64,000 nt of DNA from a virus (taxonomy: Duplodnaviria > Caudoviricetes), in the IMG/VR virus record IMGVR_UViG_3300044735_000130, positions 6,176 through 70,175 of that record; one strand, given 5' to 3'. The notes under the pieces are model-generated. The model ran no database searches, had not been told where the DNA came from, and saw only the letters and a list, made by a program, of their open reading frames with translations. Positions 39,326-48,057 of this stretch are shown here, one piece after another. The stretch's first letter is position 1, and each line of letters opens with the position of its first letter. The position numbers were made by a program, and so were the translations under genes.

Positions 39326-39347
39326 CCCTATCCCAAAGGAATTCTCC

Positions 39348-39605
39348 ATGGCTAACCGGCAAGTTGACGATATGCTGAAGCACCCGGAATCCATCCGCCC
39401 CCAGCATACCTGCAACTTTGGCGACCCGTATCTGAAATTCCGTGGCCTTGTCGCTGCGAAGCTCTATGGGTGCGACTTCAATACCCTGATCAGGATGGCC
39501 TTAGATCAGTTCCTGCAGTCGACCCAGAAGAAACGCGGAGCCGAGTTTGAGGCCTTGCTCCGTCAGTTCCCCTATCGCTCGCAGGGCATCAAAAAGAAGG
39601 AATAA
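39348..39605 (+). CDS. Small DNA-binding protein (RHH-like)
   Basis: HTCNFG.......L.AAKLYGCDFNTLIRMALDQF; AAGGA RBS. Confidence 0.5.
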   Translation: MANRQVDDMLKHPESIRPQHTCNFGDPYLKFRGLVAAKLYGCDFNTLIRMALDQFLQSTQKKRGAEFEALLRQFPYRSQGIKKKE

Positions 39606-39712
39606 AGGGGGTGCCGCCCAGGGGGCTTGGGACCCCAAGGGCGGCGGATGGATTCAGTCCTCGCAGTTTCGTTGTCAATTTGGAGCAAAGACACTTAAAC
39701 CAAAAGGTAAAC

Positions 39713-40183
39713 ATGAATCCGCTTATGAATCTAGTTTTTGCGGTTTTTTTCGGCAACCGGATTTCCTACCTTCGAGAATCCGATAATGGAACAAAGGAGG
39801 AGGCGTGCGTGGATGTGCTGGACCCGGTCGATCCGGAAAAGTCCGCCCAGCCGGCATCTTCTCCCCCGCCCCGGGCGATCAAGAAGGGTTTACTTTCAAA
39901 CCCTTACGTCGGCCTGATTGAGACCGTGCGTTATGCCGATGTGCCCGCCGGGACGCCCGGAGGTGGGAAATATCGGCTGTACGAGATCGTGACTGGGGCG
40001 GCCTCCTTTAACACCTTCGATTATGCGACCGCCATCCTAGCCTACCATGCTTGCATGGATGGCGAAGAGGTGCGGATCGATTGGGGCTTCTATCGCGACG
40101 GCCGCAAGCCCTCCTATGATATCCGCCGCTTGTCTGTATTACTCCCGCATGGGAACAGCCAATCGCGCGTACAAGATCAATGA
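39713..40183 (+). CDS. Hypothetical protein
   Basis: ATG at 39713 after AAAAGGTAAAC. Confidence 0.55.
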   Translation: MNPLMNLVFAVFFGNRISYLRESDNGTKEEACVDVLDPVDPEKSAQPASSPPPRAIKKGLLSNPYVGLIETVRYADVPAGTPGGGKYRLYEIVTGAASFNTFDYATAILAYHACMDGEEVRIDWGFYRDGRKPSYDIRRLSVLLPHGNSQSRVQDQ

Positions 40184-40952
40184 GGTTGAATGGCCTTCGG
40201 TCACGACCGTCTTAAGCCTTCTGGATAAGGGCGACGCCCTTCTCCAGTGGGCCGTGAATCAAGCCCTGCAGTATATCCGCGAGAACGTCCTTACGGAGGA
40301 CTTTGAGACCTGCTTACACCTCGCGAAGCATAATTGGCGCGAAGCGCGTGAAGTAGCCGCGGATATAGGGAAAGAGATCCATGATCTGATTAAGCTCTAT
40401 ATCCGACATGGGCGGGACGCGATAGGTAACTATCGCCCCGAAGTCGAGAATGGCTTTCTTGCCTTCTTGGAATGGGAGAAGGTAAACGGAATCCAGTGGC
40501 TGGAATCGGAGAAGGAAGTCTTCGATCCCGAGCACGGTTATGCCGGTACGCTCGATGCCAAATGCCGGTTCACGCTGGGACCCTTGACCAATCGCGTCTA
40601 TGTGATTGATTTCAAAAGCTCGAAGGGGTTTTGGGATGGTTACGCAGAGCAGCTTGCGGCCTATAAGCATGCGGATTCCTTAACGACCAAAATTCCTAGT
40701 GACGGCATGGGGATTTTGCGGCTGGATAAAGAGACAGGCTTACCCGAGTTCAAGGACTACTCCGACGTATACGAGGTCAAGCTGGAGTTCTTTTTCCAGC
40801 TGGTCAAGTGCTACTACCTGCAGAAGAACCGGAAGCTTAAAGGTAATCCCTTTACTCTTTCGGCCCAGAAGGCGCTTCTAGGGAAGAAGACGCTGGCGGA
40901 TCTTCGAAAGGAAATTGAAACCCGTCCGGTTGGATTTGCGCAAGCGCGCTAG
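40149..40952 (+). CDS. PD-(D/E)XK exonuclease (phage Cas4/lambda-exo-like)
   Basis: PSVTTVL..L.QWA; GKEIH; ESEKEV..YAGTLDA; VIDFKSS; QLAAY. Confidence 0.85.
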   Translation: MGTANRAYKINEVEWPSVTTVLSLLDKGDALLQWAVNQALQYIRENVLTEDFETCLHLAKHNWREAREVAADIGKEIHDLIKLYIRHGRDAIGNYRPEVENGFLAFLEWEKVNGIQWLESEKEVFDPEHGYAGTLDAKCRFTLGPLTNRVYVIDFKSSKGFWDGYAEQLAAYKHADSLTTKIPSDGMGILRLDKETGLPEFKDYSDVYEVKLEFFFQLVKCYYLQKNRKLKGNPFTLSAQKALLGKKTLADLRKEIETRPVGFAQAR

Positions 40953-41076
40953 AGAAGTCCACAAGGCGCTCGCCTAGGTGGAATAGGCAAACGGGTTCAT
41001 CCCCGAAATAGCTAAGCGCCGCCTTTGCGCAGAAGGCGCATTTACCGTAAGCCATGGCGCTTGGGCATGGGAACAT
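40852..41076 (-). CDS. Hypothetical Cys-containing small protein
   Basis: CAFC...CLFH motif. Confidence 0.35.
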   Translation of the reverse strand: MFPCPSAMAYGKCAFCAKAALSYFGDEPVCLFHLGERLVDFSSALAQIQPDGFQFPFEDPPASSSLEAPSGPKE

Positions 41077-41262
41077 GGATAATGCGCCCCCTTAAGCCAT
41101 CCTTCTGCCAGCTGACCTCGATGCGGAAATCGTAGCCTTTTGCAGCCAGCTTCTTGAACAGCTGATCCACGACGCCCTGAACCTCATCATCCATTTCGGC
41201 TGCCTTTTGAGGCGAACGTCTTTTTCCGGACTTTGGTCGTTCTAGCATGGTATTCTGGAAGC

Positions 41263-41619
41263 ATGAACAAGCCGCTTAGCTTCAGCCTCTTCCGGAACGA
41301 CAAGAAGACTGGCAACCAACCCGACTACAGGACGCCGGTTAAAGGCGTCTTGACCATTACCGAGCCCGGTGAGTACAAGGTGGCGGGGTGGAAGAAGGAG
41401 ACCAAGGAGGGGCAACCGTATCTCTCCTGCGTCTTGGAGCGCGTCGACCCGGGCGCTCCATCTCGGGCCCAGAATGTAGCGCAGATCCAAGCGGTGCGTC
41501 AAGCGCTGGACGCGGGACAAGCGCCGCCCCAGCCGTTTCGAAGCGCCCCTCCGCCTCAAGGACAGTACCGGCCCACGCAAGCCCGCGTCCAGCCGAACGC
41601 CGACGATCTCCCATTCTAA
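41263..41619 (+). CDS. Single-stranded DNA-binding protein (phage type)
   Basis: LFRNDKK..NQPDYR..YKVAGWKKE..YLS, Q/P-rich linker, acidic tail ADDLPF. Confidence 0.75.
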   Translation: MNKPLSFSLFRNDKKTGNQPDYRTPVKGVLTITEPGEYKVAGWKKETKEGQPYLSCVLERVDPGAPSRAQNVAQIQAVRQALDAGQAPPQPFRSAPPPQGQYRPTQARVQPNADDLPF

Positions 41620-41898
41620 ATATGATCCCCCCTATCTGGTCAAGCCCCCGGATACGGGGCTTCTTCCGGGTCTCAAGCCGGTTTATATCGGCAGCTGCGG
41701 CGATTGCGTTCACTTCGAAGAATGCAGCAGCCCGCATAGCAAAGCCGTTACGGCGGCCTCAACCTATTGTCACTGGCGACCTTGCCGTTTTTTGCGGAAA
41801 ACCCCTGCTAGAATTAGGGGATTTGATTAGTTTTGGATCGATTGGCCTAATTGGGCCTTTAACCCAAGGATTTTATGCGGTAACCGAACCTGCAAAAG

Positions 41899-41928
41899 AA
41901 AAAACCCCGGCTGGAACCAGGGTTTTTT
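41899..41928. terminator. Bidirectional intrinsic terminator
   Basis: AAAAAACCCCGGCTGGAACCAGGGTTTTTT. Confidence 0.65.
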
Positions 41929-42562
41929 CAGTATCGCTCTTGCTTGGCCGCGGAGCTTGTTGAATCCCACCCTATCAGGTGGCCTTCGTTGTTTAATGTA
42001 ACACCGAAGCCGCCCCGGGTCAAGGGGATTCCGCGCCCAGCAAGAGCTTGAAATCGTCCGCCTTTCCTACGGCGGGGTGTGACCGGTTTTGTCTGAATCG
42101 GGACGGCCATCCTTATTCAGTCCCTTAAGCCGGCGGCCTTATGCGGGCCTTTAAACGCAGCGGAAATCGTCGCCTTGGCCGGGGACGTGGGTTGCCTTCG
42201 CAATGCCGCCTGAATCCGTTTCGCGGGGTTACATCCTGCCAGCGGGATAAGGGGTCGCGCTGCCCGAGAAAGCGAAGAGGAGACGCAGGGCCGCCCTTGG
42301 GCCTAGAGCGCCGCAGTCCCCCAACGGCCAGTTAACGGGCCAACGGGCGGCTGGAGGGTCCGAGCCCCGGGATTACAGGGGCGGTGGTCTCCCCCATGGA
42401 AGGGGGTGTAGGGCCCCTATTGTCTTGCGCCTTTTTTTGAGGGTGCGGGAGGGTAGGGAGGGTTTTAGATGGTCTTACCACGCCGGGCTTATTTTTGAAC
42501 TTATCCCCGTGCGATAAACCGGCTAATAAGGCTATAAAGGTCCAAGCGAAGCGCGGAAGCGT

Positions 42563-42736
42563 TTAGAAGTGGGAAGAGAGGTGCCAGTTGCGGCAATACC
42601 GGCAGAGGTAGGTGATATGGCTGACTCCGCGGATACGCTGCTTTTCCAAGCGCGCCTGTTCTGCGGCAAGATAGTCTGTATAGCGCGCCTTCCACTGGCA
42701 GGACTTCAGGTAGTTATGGGTGCTTCGGCGGCCCAT
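42563..42736 (-). CDS. 57-aa Cys/His protein
   Basis: C..KARY..YL.A......Y.C..C..WHLSS, a common small phage pattern; absent from the supplied track. Confidence 0.6.
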   Translation of the reverse strand: MGRRSTHNYLKSCQWKARYTDYLAAEQARLEKQRIRGVSHITYLCRYCRNWHLSSHF

Positions 42737-42767
42737 GGCCTAAGTATACATCCTTAGCTAGGTCAGG

Positions 42768-43346
42768 TCAGCTAAGTCCCCTAGCATCGAAAGTCAGCCT
42801 AGGCGCCCTAGGTTTGTACCCGGGCCCAAAAATCACAAATACCGAGCCCTGGCTATTCCCATCCTGCACAAAAGCCTTCCGTGTCTCTGACCACTTAGTC
42901 GGCCGTTTCCCTGTTTCGGGGTCTAGGAAGTGAATGCGGCCGCGCACCGGCCGGACCTCCGCAAAAGGCTCGACCAGGTCATGCCACCAGTCCTGATCCT
43001 GTTTGTTACAAGGAAGTAAGTATACGATGGTCAGCCCCTTGCGGGATTCCTCAAGGCCTTTCCGCACCCAATCCTTGACCGTTTTGCCGCGGTACTTCCC
43101 ATAGGGCGGATTGCACCAGGCGGCCGCAACGCGCACTCCCTCCCCCATTAAACGATCTACATCCGCAGCCCAATCCTGCTGGAAGGCATCTTGGGATTCG
43201 GTATACCAGCTCGGAGCCCGTGTAGACTGGACGCTTGCGCAGACGTCTAGCACGAATTGAAATTCCCGTTCTAGAACGTTTAGGATTTTGGGCGGCGTCA
43301 TCCAAAATTGGCTTTTGCTGGTCAAAAAGGCGGTAGGAACGGTCAC
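42768..43346 (-). CDS. Phage N6-adenine DNA methyltransferase (Dam-phage family)
   Basis: WMTPP..L..F.LDVCA; WCNPPYG; RGRIHF. Confidence 0.9.
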   Translation of the reverse strand: MTVPTAFLTSKSQFWMTPPKILNVLEREFQFVLDVCASVQSTRAPSWYTESQDAFQQDWAADVDRLMGEGVRVAAAWCNPPYGKYRGKTVKDWVRKGLEESRKGLTIVYLLPCNKQDQDWWHDLVEPFAEVRPVRGRIHFLDPETGKRPTKWSETRKAFVQDGNSQGSVFVIFGPGYKPRAPRLTFDARGLS

Positions 43347-43367
43347 GGTTGCCTCCGAACATTCTAC

Positions 43368-43397
43368 TTGACTCGTTCTAGAATACTACCATAGAAT
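43368..43397 (+). promoter_or_regulatory. Promoter with CGTTCTAGAAT box (leaderless)
   Basis: TTGACT-N18-TAGAAT, 5 nt before ATG 43403. Confidence 0.7.
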
Positions 43398-43402
43398 ACG
43401 GC

Positions 43403-43663
43403 ATGCTTGCTACCCGCCCGCGTAAGCCCTATGCCGAATACATCGTGAAACCCAAGGCCCCCTACTCCACCTATCGGAAGCACGTGGGTTACTATTGCCG
43501 CAAATGCCAGGTGGAGAAACGCCTGGCCCTGACGCAGCTCTGCGACTGCCTCTTGTTCGTGGAGGACGCAAAAAAGATCAAGACCCATATCAATACGGAA
43601 TGGGTCCCGATTTACGCGGATATGCTGGTGGCGCCGGCTAAGCCTTTGCGCGACCTGGACTAG
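43403..43663 (+). CDS. Small Cys-containing hypothetical protein
   Basis: CRKC...LCDC; own promoter. Confidence 0.55.
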   Translation: MLATRPRKPYAEYIVKPKAPYSTYRKHVGYYCRKCQVEKRLALTQLCDCLLFVEDAKKIKTHINTEWVPIYADMLVAPAKPLRDLD

Positions 43664-43952
43664 ACCTTTTCCGGGCCTTCAAAGGTGGCGCCATCCTGGC
43701 TATCTTAAGGCGCTCTCTCAATTCCGCGATCAGTTTGCGGGCTTTAAGATGCACGCAGCCAAGTAGGGAGAACCCATTGTAGGTTCCTTTCTGGAGTGTA
43801 AAGCTAGGCTCTCCGCAGATAGAACAAACCTCAACCCCAATTCGGGAAGGGAGTTTGGCATCCACGGAAGCCCGATGGGATTTATACCGGAGCTTAATTG
43901 ATTTTCCGCGTTCGGATTTAGCCATTGATTGCCGATCCCTTCTGCTCCTCAA
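43638..43952 (-). CDS. Hypothetical Zn-ribbon-like protein
   Basis: CSICG...GCVH. Confidence 0.5.
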   Translation of the reverse strand: MRSRRDRQSMAKSERGKSIKLRYKSHRASVDAKLPSRIGVEVCSICGEPSFTLQKGTYNGFSLLGCVHLKARKLIAELRERLKIARMAPPLKARKRSSPGRAKA

Positions 43953-44310
43953 TGGCTTTAGTAAAGCTATTTATCCCGGAGCCAGTGGTAATCTTGAAAA
44001 CGGGAATGGCCGCTTTTCGGGCCGCGGGCATGATGACATTATTCATTTGATGCCCGGCCCACCGAGCCAAAAAAAACACCAGATCATAGGATTTTCCTTC
44101 AATCAATTTAGCTGCGGCGTGAATTTTTTGCTGATTCCCTTCAGCTTCCGCCGTTATCCAGTCTAAACGCTTCATACATAATAGGGCTTTTAGTAACTCA
44201 CGCTGGTGCTCCAAGGTCTTATTGCCACCTATAATGACGCCCACCTTATCCTCGGTGCAATCCAAAACAATATCCGGAAGATGATATTCGGCTGTGTCTT
44301 GGATATTCAT
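43918..44310 (-). CDS. DUF2325-like protein
   Basis: VIIGG..LDW..DLVFFL.RWAGH..AARKA.IPV..GINSF. Confidence 0.6.
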   Translation of the reverse strand: MNIQDTAEYHLPDIVLDCTEDKVGVIIGGNKTLEHQRELLKALLCMKRLDWITAEAEGNQQKIHAAAKLIEGKSYDLVFFLARWAGHQMNNVIMPAARKAAIPVFKITTGSGINSFTKAIEEQKGSAING

Positions 44311-45305
44311 GCGATCCTCGTCACTTGAAGCTTGGGTATATCTTTCCCATCGTGCCCTTCATCCAGGACAAGGCTTACGTTAAACTTCATAGTAGTGCCG
44401 CGCTCTTGCGAACTAAAAATGTCGGCCAGAGCTGAAGGAAGATATTTGCGTAACACCCGCCAATCCTTTTCTTCCATGCCTTCGCAATCAATTTTTCGAC
44501 CAAGGATCTGGGGATTTTTGATCACGATATTCGGATCCAAAATTGCCGAGACGCCCAACGATGCGGGTGCGGCCGCTGGAGCCGTATGACCGTTCAAGCC
44601 CCTTGTACGCGGAACCGCAGGCGCATTTTTCGGGAGGGAGGGCAGAGTGGCGCTTATTGAAACACCATTATGCTTTTCATCCGAGGTGCGTGCGCCTCTG
44701 GTTTTAACGAGGTACCGGTACGATTGGAAATTAGCCTTGATAAGACGGCAATTCACAACCCGTTCAGCTTCTTCGTAAGTTATATCATTGTCTTTCCGAA
44801 TAGCCTTGATCAACTTATCGCGTTGTTCATCAGTGAGTTCTTTAATACCAAGTTCTTTAGCCACTACAGGTTCTTCCTTTAAGGTTGAGGGTGAAGGAGG
44901 ATGGTTTTCGGGAACAGGTTGCGGATGAGAAACGGGTTCTGGAGCAGGTGCCGGCGCTCCGACGGGCGTGAAATCGGAAGGCGGTGCTGGAGTAACGCGC
45001 CCCTGTTCCACCAATTTTTGTTCTGCCTTTTTAAGGGCTTGCTTCTCTATGTCGCGTAGGAGTTCCATATGGGCTTTCCCACCGAGGATCATGGGAATCT
45101 CTCCCTTCTTCTGCATATCCCGATAGACTTGATCGAACTTATGCCGCGGAACCTGCGAAGGGCGGTGGATATTCCACTTCTCTTTGCCGTTCTCAATAAA
45201 GTCGTTATAGTTGCCTTCCCGATTTTTATGGAAATATAACCACACCCTGTTTTTATGGTCATCCTGATAGGGTGGTTTGAGTAGTGGTGCTTCCATCGTA
45301 ACCAT
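44307..45305 (-). CDS. Hypothetical protein with Pro-rich linker
   Basis: Start placed after AAGGAGAATCCC (MVTMEAPLL...). Confidence 0.6.
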   Translation of the reverse strand: MVTMEAPLLKPPYQDDHKNRVWLYFHKNREGNYNDFIENGKEKWNIHRPSQVPRHKFDQVYRDMQKKGEIPMILGGKAHMELLRDIEKQALKKAEQKLVEQGRVTPAPPSDFTPVGAPAPAPEPVSHPQPVPENHPPSPSTLKEEPVVAKELGIKELTDEQRDKLIKAIRKDNDITYEEAERVVNCRLIKANFQSYRYLVKTRGARTSDEKHNGVSISATLPSLPKNAPAVPRTRGLNGHTAPAAAPASLGVSAILDPNIVIKNPQILGRKIDCEGMEEKDWRVLRKYLPSALADIFSSQERGTTMKFNVSLVLDEGHDGKDIPKLQVTRIA

Positions 45306-45741
45306 GGGATTCTCCTTCTGCGGGTTGAGGGGATTCGAGTGGTAGCTTGAGGATGCCCAGCTTGGCTTCGCGGTTTTCTTTGCGATGCCGGATGTGATCG
45401 GCAAGATCGAAGCGAAGGTGGCAGCTTTGACAGAGGTGAGCCAGGTTTTCGTCGCGAACATCATGCTTGTCATGTTTATCCCCCGGGCTTCCATCGGATT
45501 TAGGCGTTCCTAGATGCGCGACGGTTAAAATCACGCGGGTCGGTTTCAGGCCCCAACAAATGTCTTCGGGTCCCGTAACATACATGTAACCCCGACGTTC
45601 TGGAAAATCCTTGGGAAAGCGGATAATCCAGGCTTTATTCTGAACCCCGCACCATTCGCATTGGTCACCGGAGCGCTCCCGGATGCGCGGAACAACTTCC
45701 GTTTTCCAGTTCGCAGGATATCGGGAATAGTCAATCGGCAT
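45259..45741 (-). CDS. HNH-like protein
   Basis: YPANW..IRERSGDQCEWCG..ILTVAHL..NLAHLCQSCHLRFD. Confidence 0.75.
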   Translation of the reverse strand: MPIDYSRYPANWKTEVVPRIRERSGDQCEWCGVQNKAWIIRFPKDFPERRGYMYVTGPEDICWGLKPTRVILTVAHLGTPKSDGSPGDKHDKHDVRDENLAHLCQSCHLRFDLADHIRHRKENREAKLGILKLPLESPQPAEGESHGYDGSTTTQTTLSG

Positions 45742-45991
45742 CGACTTCGTGCATCAAATGCTTGACTGCGTCACGGTCATTAATTTTTTGGTCGACATAA
45801 ATACGGAGGGCGCGAGTTAGGATAAGGCCAATAAAGCAACCCAACATATAAATCCAGCCCTTCCACATACGCAAGGAGCCCGAAGGAAACCCAATTAACC
45901 AACCAACGATAAAAGCTACTGCAATGGATTGGCTTTGAATGGACTTCTTTAGAAGGTTCCATAGATTCATGCAATTTGCTCCTAGCACCAA
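45731..45991 (-). CDS. Small two-TM membrane protein
   Basis: Two hydrophobic segments. Confidence 0.45.
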   Translation of the reverse strand: MVLGANCMNLWNLLKKSIQSQSIAVAFIVGWLIGFPSGSLRMWKGWIYMLGCFIGLILTRALRIYVDQKINDRDAVKHLMHEVDAD

Positions 45992-45994
45992 AAT

Positions 45995-46201
45995 CTAATA
46001 TACCGTGCTAGATTGGTCCAAGGTCGTTTCATGGTTCACGATCTCAATGCGGCACGCGTCCAGCATCTCCTCCGCATTTTCCTCCATCGCCTTATAGCGG
46101 TGCTGGCCATCCCGAGCCGTTTTGAGCAGGCGCTCTAAAAGCACCTCCTCCATCTTGAGGAACGCGATGCGGGCGCGGATGCGGTTTATGGAGTCGCGCA
46201 T
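45995..46201 (-). CDS. Small coiled-coil hypothetical protein
   Basis: Overlaps the upstream gene. Confidence 0.5.
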   Translation of the reverse strand: MRDSINRIRARIAFLKMEEVLLERLLKTARDGQHRYKAMEENAEEMLDACRIEIVNHETTLDQSSTVY

Positions 46202-46596
46202 GGGAAGTCCTTCAAAAACTGGTCCAGGCCCTTGGGCTTGTATGTTTTATCGACATGGAAGCGGCCAGATCGATAATCTCCTTTAACGATCCGCAAGGGG
46301 CCAGGCCCGAGGTATTCCCAGATCTTGATCTTGATCATGACCTCGCGCGTCATGACGCCTTTGAAGTCCTCAAAGTAGCGGATTCCATCGGAAGTCATGA
46401 CGTAACTGGAATCCAATTTCCAGTTGAGGCCTGGAAAGATTTCGACCGAAGGATGGAACTTTAGCTCCCGTATCATCCCCGCCGCCTGCTCCAGCTTCAG
46501 GGCGTGAGCGCGGGCCGCTTCCCCCTTGGACGGGTAGAAGTGCCCATCATCATCCCGTACGCCTTTGGCCTTGTACTTGTTCTGCCGCCATGCCAT
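46186..46596 (-). CDS. DUF1064-like endonuclease/resolvase
   Basis: NKYKAK...FYPSKGEA.R...L....I.EL.FHP..YFEDFKG..T. Confidence 0.75.
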   Translation of the reverse strand: MAWRQNKYKAKGVRDDDGHFYPSKGEAARAHALKLEQAAGMIRELKFHPSVEIFPGLNWKLDSSYVMTSDGIRYFEDFKGVMTREVMIKIKIWEYLGPGPLRIVKGDYRSGRFHVDKTYKPKGLDQFLKDFPCATP

Positions 46597-46637
46597 TTCT
46601 CCATGCTAGCACGGCAGCGGGGACAATTTCAGGACTT

Positions 46638-47030
46638 TTACGTTTTTCCCTTGCGTCGGCCGCTGGATTTAATCCGAGCTAGATAGCGGGCCGGCGGGGG
46701 CCCTTTGTCTGGAAATTTGGCCAAGCCTTCGGTCAGGATCTGAATGACCATTTCCTTCAGCGATCGCCGTTCTTCGTCCCAGCCCACCACCGAATGAAGT
46801 CGCCTATGGAGGCTAGGAGGGATATCTACGTTAAGTTGGATATCCTCTTCTTTCTCGATAGGCAGGCTACCTGAGCTAGGTTCGTTAGAGGGTCTAACTA
46901 AGGTTTCAAGCTTAGTATGTCTAGGCTCTCTATCTCCGGTATTTTTGCTAGGCGAGCTATCCGAGATATCTTCTCCAGGCTGGGTTATCCAGGTTAGATG
47001 GGGTAGGGTCGATTTACGCGGGCTGGACAC
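46638..47030 (-). CDS. ParG/omega-like ribbon-helix-helix partition protein
   Basis: Directly after parA; C-terminal QLNVDIPPSLHRRL...SLKEMVIQILTEGL. Confidence 0.7.
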   Translation of the reverse strand: MSSPRKSTLPHLTWITQPGEDISDSSPSKNTGDREPRHTKLETLVRPSNEPSSGSLPIEKEEDIQLNVDIPPSLHRRLHSVVGWDEERRSLKEMVIQILTEGLAKFPDKGPPPARYLARIKSSGRRKGKT

Positions 47031-47796
47031 GGTTTACCTCCCGATTTACAATTTCCTCGCACAGGGCTTCTAAAGCAGGAATGGCCAGGCTTCCCGCGTC
47101 ATGCTCCCAAATCGATTTCCCCAAGCCGCCCGCCACCTTTAAAGCGGTATTCTCCGGGATTCGGGTTGAGAAAAGGAGGGTGGGGAAACGTTCTTTGAGA
47201 AGCTTGAGCATGTCTTTGTCGATGTTGCGCTGAAGGTTCACGCGCGTGGCTATGACGCCTAGGATACCTAGGGAGGCGTTCATCTTCTGGACTGTGCGAA
47301 TGGTCTCCCAAAGATCCACCATGCCTTTTAGGGCGTAGCTGTCACAGGTGACCGGGATCACCACCTCCTGGGCGGCCATCAAGCCATTGATGGTCAAAAG
47401 CCCAAGGTTGGGCGGGCAATCCAAGAGAATGTAGTCGTAGCGCTCTGCCGCCGCATCTTTCAGGGCGAATTGCAGGCAAAACTGCCAGTCCGCCAATCCG
47501 CTTAAAGACCTTTCTAAGCGGGCCAAACCGATATCCGCTGGGATCACGTCAAGGTAGGAGATGGGGGTGTTGTAAATTCCGACTAGTTCGCGCTTCTCCA
47601 AGACGGCGCCGACGGTGGCGTCCCGTTGGATTTTGTCCGGTTTCAATCCCAGCGAAAAGGTTAGGTTGCCTTGGGGATCCAGATCAATCCCTAAGACTTT
47701 CTTGCCTAGGCGAGCTAGGCCGTACGCGGTTTGGGCCGCAAGGGTGGTTTTGCAAACGCCGCCCTTCTGGTTGACATAGGCGAGGGTACGAGTCAT
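47014..47796 (-). CDS. parA: ParA/Soj family ATPase (no N-terminal HTH, type Ib-like)
   Basis: NQKGGVCKTT; IDLDPQGN; LDCPPNLG..NGL.AA; start after the AGGAGCAAAGAC RBS. Confidence 0.93.
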   Translation of the reverse strand: MTRTLAYVNQKGGVCKTTLAAQTAYGLARLGKKVLGIDLDPQGNLTFSLGLKPDKIQRDATVGAVLEKRELVGIYNTPISYLDVIPADIGLARLERSLSGLADWQFCLQFALKDAAAERYDYILLDCPPNLGLLTINGLMAAQEVVIPVTCDSYALKGMVDLWETIRTVQKMNASLGILGVIATRVNLQRNIDKDMLKLLKERFPTLLFSTRIPENTALKVAGGLGKSIWEHDAGSLAIPALEALCEEIVNREVNRVQPA

Positions 47797-47833
47797 GTCT
47801 TTGCTCCTAAGCCGGGGTATTCCGGGCTTGTAA

Positions 47834-47863
47834 AACATAACCTAGCTAACCTAGGTTCGTCAA
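47834..47863 (-). promoter_or_regulatory. parA promoter overlapped by CCTAG repeats
   Basis: TTGACG-N18-TATGTT; spacer contains AACCTAGGTT and CTAG. Confidence 0.55.
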
Positions 47864-47895
47864 GATAGGGTAGGGTGCCTAGGACAAAAAATTCC

Positions 47896-47925
47896 TTGCA
47901 GCATTCTAGAACGGCATGCTAGCAT
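47896..47925 (+). promoter_or_regulatory. Promoter with an inverted CGTTCTAGAAT box
   Basis: TTGCAG-N18-TAGCAT with TG extension; box at 47903-47913. Confidence 0.6.
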
Positions 47926-47949
47926 GGTCGGGTGCTTAAGGAGCCGCTT

Positions 47950-48045
47950 ATGGTCTACCGTATTCTTGAAATCGCCTCCGCCTTGCTGATCGCCTGCCTC
48001 GTGGCGCTTTTGCATGCCTACTACCTGAATCACACCCATCCCTAA
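47950..48045 (+). CDS. 31-aa single-TM peptide
   Basis: AAGGAG RBS; MVYRILEIASALLIACLVALLHAYYLNHTHP. Confidence 0.5.
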   Translation: MVYRILEIASALLIACLVALLHAYYLNHTHP

Positions 48046-48057
48046 AGGAGCCTTGTT

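Noticed and set aside
39606-39712. HDV-like ribozyme suggested by UCCUCGC
   Set aside because: Flanks cannot form P3 and there is no P1/P2 arrangement; only simple hairpins
40149-40952. CRISPR-associated Cas4 or a CRISPR array
   Set aside because: Stand-alone phage nuclease next to SSB; no repeat-spacer array or other cas genes in the window
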